From positions 5,092,631 through 5,156,630 of the forward strand of contig NC_068982.1 of NCBI RefSeq assembly GCF_001194135.2: 64,000 nt of DNA, given 5' to 3'. Origin of the DNA: Octopus bimaculoides. Taxonomy: Eukaryota. Below the pieces are notes generated by a model. It was not told the origin of the DNA. It made no database searches and saw nothing but the letters and a program-made list of their open reading frames with translations. The position numbers and the translations under genes are program-made. Below, piece by piece: positions 62,546 to 64,000 of the stretch; position 1 is the stretch's first letter, and the number at the start of each line of letters is the position of its first letter.

Positions 62546-63789
62546 CACATACACACATAGAAAGTAAAACAGTGGCAGGGTCAAAGTTGGTCAAAGCCAC
62601 AAACATGTATTATTTACAGATGAAATTGTAGATCAATGAACTCCACACTCTAAGCATATGAAGAATGTCTGTTCATTCAGTAAAACGGTGAATTGCTCTA
62701 CCCAACTTGATTGGAATTTAATATGAAATCAGATTTTGCTTTCCTCTGATGTCATCTGACAATCAAAAATGATGCCTAACCAACAAATTATTCACAATGG
62801 AAGCTAGATATTTTTTTTTTTCGTTTTTCTTCTGAATTTTATTTTCTCCATTTGTGTTAACCTTCAACTCTTCCAAATTCCAAATAATAGCAGTAACACC
62901 ATAACACCTTTAGTACAGCGGAAGTTCATACACATTCCTGTAGGTGCTGCAGCTAAGAGCCTTAACTGATTTTGACAAATCAATGAGTGAAATTCAAAAC
63001 TAAAATGCTCTTTTACAGCAAAAAGCAGAAAGAACTATGTCTGCTGCTAATACCTCATCATTTCTATAAAGATTCTCAATGAACAGATGGAGGCAAATTG
63101 CTATTTCAATCAAAGTTCACATTTAAAATCTAATACCAAGGTACCAGAAACAAACAAAAAAAAAAACAAAAGGTGACGGTTTTTTTTATCTCTAATTCTT
63201 CAAATTTATTATATTTTATTTTTTAATTTAATTTTGATTATAGTTATTGCAAGCAACATTTGAGAGACATAGAATCTAAATCACCGAATATAAAGTTCAA
63301 AGGACCAAAAGATTAGAATTACAATAAAACTAGTGATTAAATTAAGGTTTTATGTGAAGATTTCTGCAATTTTTTTACAGCTTATATTTATTTGGAGGTT
63401 ACATATAATTAATGTTTCTAAAATGACTCTACACTATCTAAAATTCAAATAAACGAGTGACAGAAGAGGTAAGACATAAACCAGAAGAGAGAATATAATG
63501 AACAAAACCAAAATATAATTACAATGTTAGTGAGATTTAAGAAAAATTACTCCCTCATTTTAATAAATATACTTTTCTATGCATTTTGTAATATACACAC
63601 ACACATATATATACATATACAGAATTAATAAATACTGTATACTCAAACAATCTTAGAAAATCTATTATGAATTTAATATTGTTGGTCGACAATTTATAAT
63701 GCCTAAGCTGTACGATGTAAATAAATGTAAATACAACTTATTGTTTTCTGTGCACATAGAAAAATAAAGGAGATTAATCTGACATGACT

Positions 63790-63914
63790 TATCGGTCTTT
63801 TTTGCCGAACTGCTAGGTTACAGGGATATAAACGCACCAGCATCAGTAGTCAAGCGATATTGTGGGGGGACAAACAAAGACACAAACACACATACACACA
63901 TATATGCATGCATA

Positions 63915-63985
<71 letters not shown>

Positions 63986-64000
63986 GTATATATACATATA
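63790..64000 (-). mobile_element. SINE-C tail followed by a (TA)-rich microsatellite
   Basis: ttatcggtcttttttgccgaactgctagg...gtcaagcgat...gggggacaaacaaagacac. Confidence 0.75.

Noticed and set aside
61658-62631. 292-aa and overlapping YIYI/HTHT ORFs
   Set aside because: Translation of SINE-C plus (TA)/(TACA) microsatellite; no coding signal.
1-64000. CRISPR array, rRNA or prokaryotic operon
   Set aside because: No regularly spaced repeat-spacer array, rRNA-like sequence or gene-dense region; the DNA is metazoan repeat-rich non-coding sequence.

Overview
AT-rich, microsatellite- and repeat-dense eukaryotic DNA from a gapped draft assembly. N gaps are at 11561-12381, 18054-18063, 21717-22288, 34623-34890, 40327-40603, 49585-50345 and 62331-62354. 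The SINE repertoire resembles what I recall of Octopus (coleoid cephalopod) genomes; this is an inference from memory, not a search. I can support no host protein-coding gene: the ORF track is explained by gaps, microsatellites and repeats, so the window is intronic or intergenic apart from a few weak exon candidates. SINE families (my own labels): SINE-M has a tRNA-like head plus a central tttgcctttcatcctttcggggtcgataaa motif (Meta-domain-like). SINE-C has a tRNA-like head, a CORE-like caccttgggcaagtgtctt motif, an internal (TA/TG)n and a ~200 bp tail. SINE-R carries gggcatccagctgtagaaac...ggacgttaaac(gat)n. SINE-N carries ttaatttcacgagca. SINE-H has a tRNA-like head, (TAA)n and a hammerhead-like tail. 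Decayed coding fragments are present from R4/Dong (two), CR1, a Penelope-like GIY-YIG element and a mariner transposase, along with hAT-, piggyBac- and Tc1/mariner-type MITEs and several long fold-back elements. The most interesting signal is a Penelope-linked set: two minimal hammerhead ribozyme motifs sharing a non-canonical CUGUNGA core, a tRNA-headed SINE ending in a degenerate hammerhead, and a Penelope endonuclease remnant. SINE boundaries are approximate (about +/-15 bp).
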